Under the pieces are notes generated by a model, which was given only the letters and a program-made list of their open reading frames with translations, had not been told where the DNA came from and searched no databases. From Anolis carolinensis (Eukaryota), in NCBI RefSeq assembly GCF_035594765.1, contig NC_085841.1, positions 226,083,326 through 226,147,325 on the forward strand: a stretch of DNA of 64,000 nucleotides. Direction: 5' to 3'. This document shows positions 62,851 to 64,000 of the stretch, one piece after another; position 1 is the first letter of the stretch, and each line of letters starts with the position of its first letter. A program made the translations under genes and the position numbers.

Positions 62851-63449
62851 TAGAAAGCAAATAGAAAATAGAAGAAAATCATGCCAGAGTGCACACATAT
62901 TTCAGCCATTTCTTCACTCAACCTTCTCTTGTTTCATGGTATAAGAGGAGGCTGAGGAATGCAGTGTGTTTTAGAGAGTACAAGGCTGGGAAAATGAGGC
63001 CACTTTGCTGCAACAATGGCATTCAATTATGAACCAAAAATGAGCTGAAGCAGAAGTCTTTCCCTGTGATATTGTAATTTTGTGCTGCTGAACTGGCCAA
63101 TTACTTCTTCACTATAGTTCCCAGAATACACTAGCCCTCATGCCATGTGTGTGTGTGTGTGAGTGTGTGATGCTGTGAATCGCCATACCCATTAATAGCA
63201 GATGCTCTGTTCATGCATTTGGCTGAATGTGTGGTGGGCTCAATGGATGGTGCAAACCATGGGCAGATTATTGAGAGTTCATTGGCCTCTCACTAGCTAG
63301 AGGTCCAATGCAGAAGGGAAAAAACTACAGTACGCTTTCTTTTCCATGGTCATTTTTATCACTAGTATCTGAAATCACCAACATTTTATGTGCTAAAAGG
63401 GTAACTGATTAAAAATGCACAGGATTAGACTATTGAGATGTGTCTGCAT

Positions 63450-63584
63450 CAGTGGTTCTCAACTTGTGGGTCCCCAGGTGTTTTGGACAACAATTCCCAG
63501 AAATCCCAGCCAGTTTACCAGCTGTTAGGATTTCTGGGAGTTGAAGGCCAAAACATCTGGGGACCCACAGGTTGAGATCCACTG
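63450..63584. mobile_element. Charlie/Buster-type hAT MITE nested in the end of an older MITE
   Basis: TIRs CAGTGGTTCTCAAC and GTTGAGATCCACTG; host MITE continues ATCTATACTGTAGAAT...CAGTTTGAC to about 63670. Confidence 0.88.
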
Positions 63585-64000
63585 ATCTATACTGTAGAAT
63601 AAACACAGTTTGACCTCACTTTAACAACCACCGTTCAATGATGTGGAATCATGGGAGTTGTAGTTTTATTTTATATGTAAAAAGAGCATTATCTCCCATT
63701 ATCTCAATTTGGCAAGGAAGTCCCCATTAATCATCTGTCGTTCAATTTTTTCAATTTGCTTTTAAAGTGTCATGGTTTTTTTTTATCTGTCTCCCTTCCA
63801 GTTTCTCCCTTTGTCCTCTGCAGATTGCTGCAGACTAAAATCCCACATGGAGGGAAAGGCAGGACGTAAACTCAATCAATCAATCAATGACTAGTTTGTA
63901 CTCAGTTAACTCAGCAGAAGGGAGAAGAAAAAAGGGGACAGAGTCTTGTCCTTCCCTGCAGGCTCAAGCAGAAACAAACAGCTAAAGACCTTCCTATCTT

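Overview
Vertebrate non-coding DNA, very probably from a squamate and most likely Anolis. This is inferred from the repeat repertoire: Sauria SINE, Anolis SINE2, Bov-B, Vingi, R4/Dong, L2, CR1, Penelope, and hAT/Harbinger/mariner MITEs. I recognise no host protein-coding gene, so the window looks intronic or intergenic. Every ORF with a recognisable product is a decayed retrotransposon fragment (Bov-B RT, Vingi RT C-terminus, R4/Dong restriction-like endonuclease, CR1 RT). The most notable structures are: a near-intact minimal hammerhead ribozyme in a Penelope pLTR remnant; R4/Dong insertions sitting tail-to-tail in L2-seeded (TAA)n tracts at two loci; a four-level TE nest; a head-to-tail array of four MITEs; a 1.2-kb hAT element with GC-rich cargo; a CpG-rich 2.1-kb LTR-like element with an ATGAAT cluster and no matching TSD; and a 703-bp solo LTR. 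There is one 148-N assembly gap. Family names come from recalled sequence features, not from a database search. I found no evidence of a new multi-gene system.
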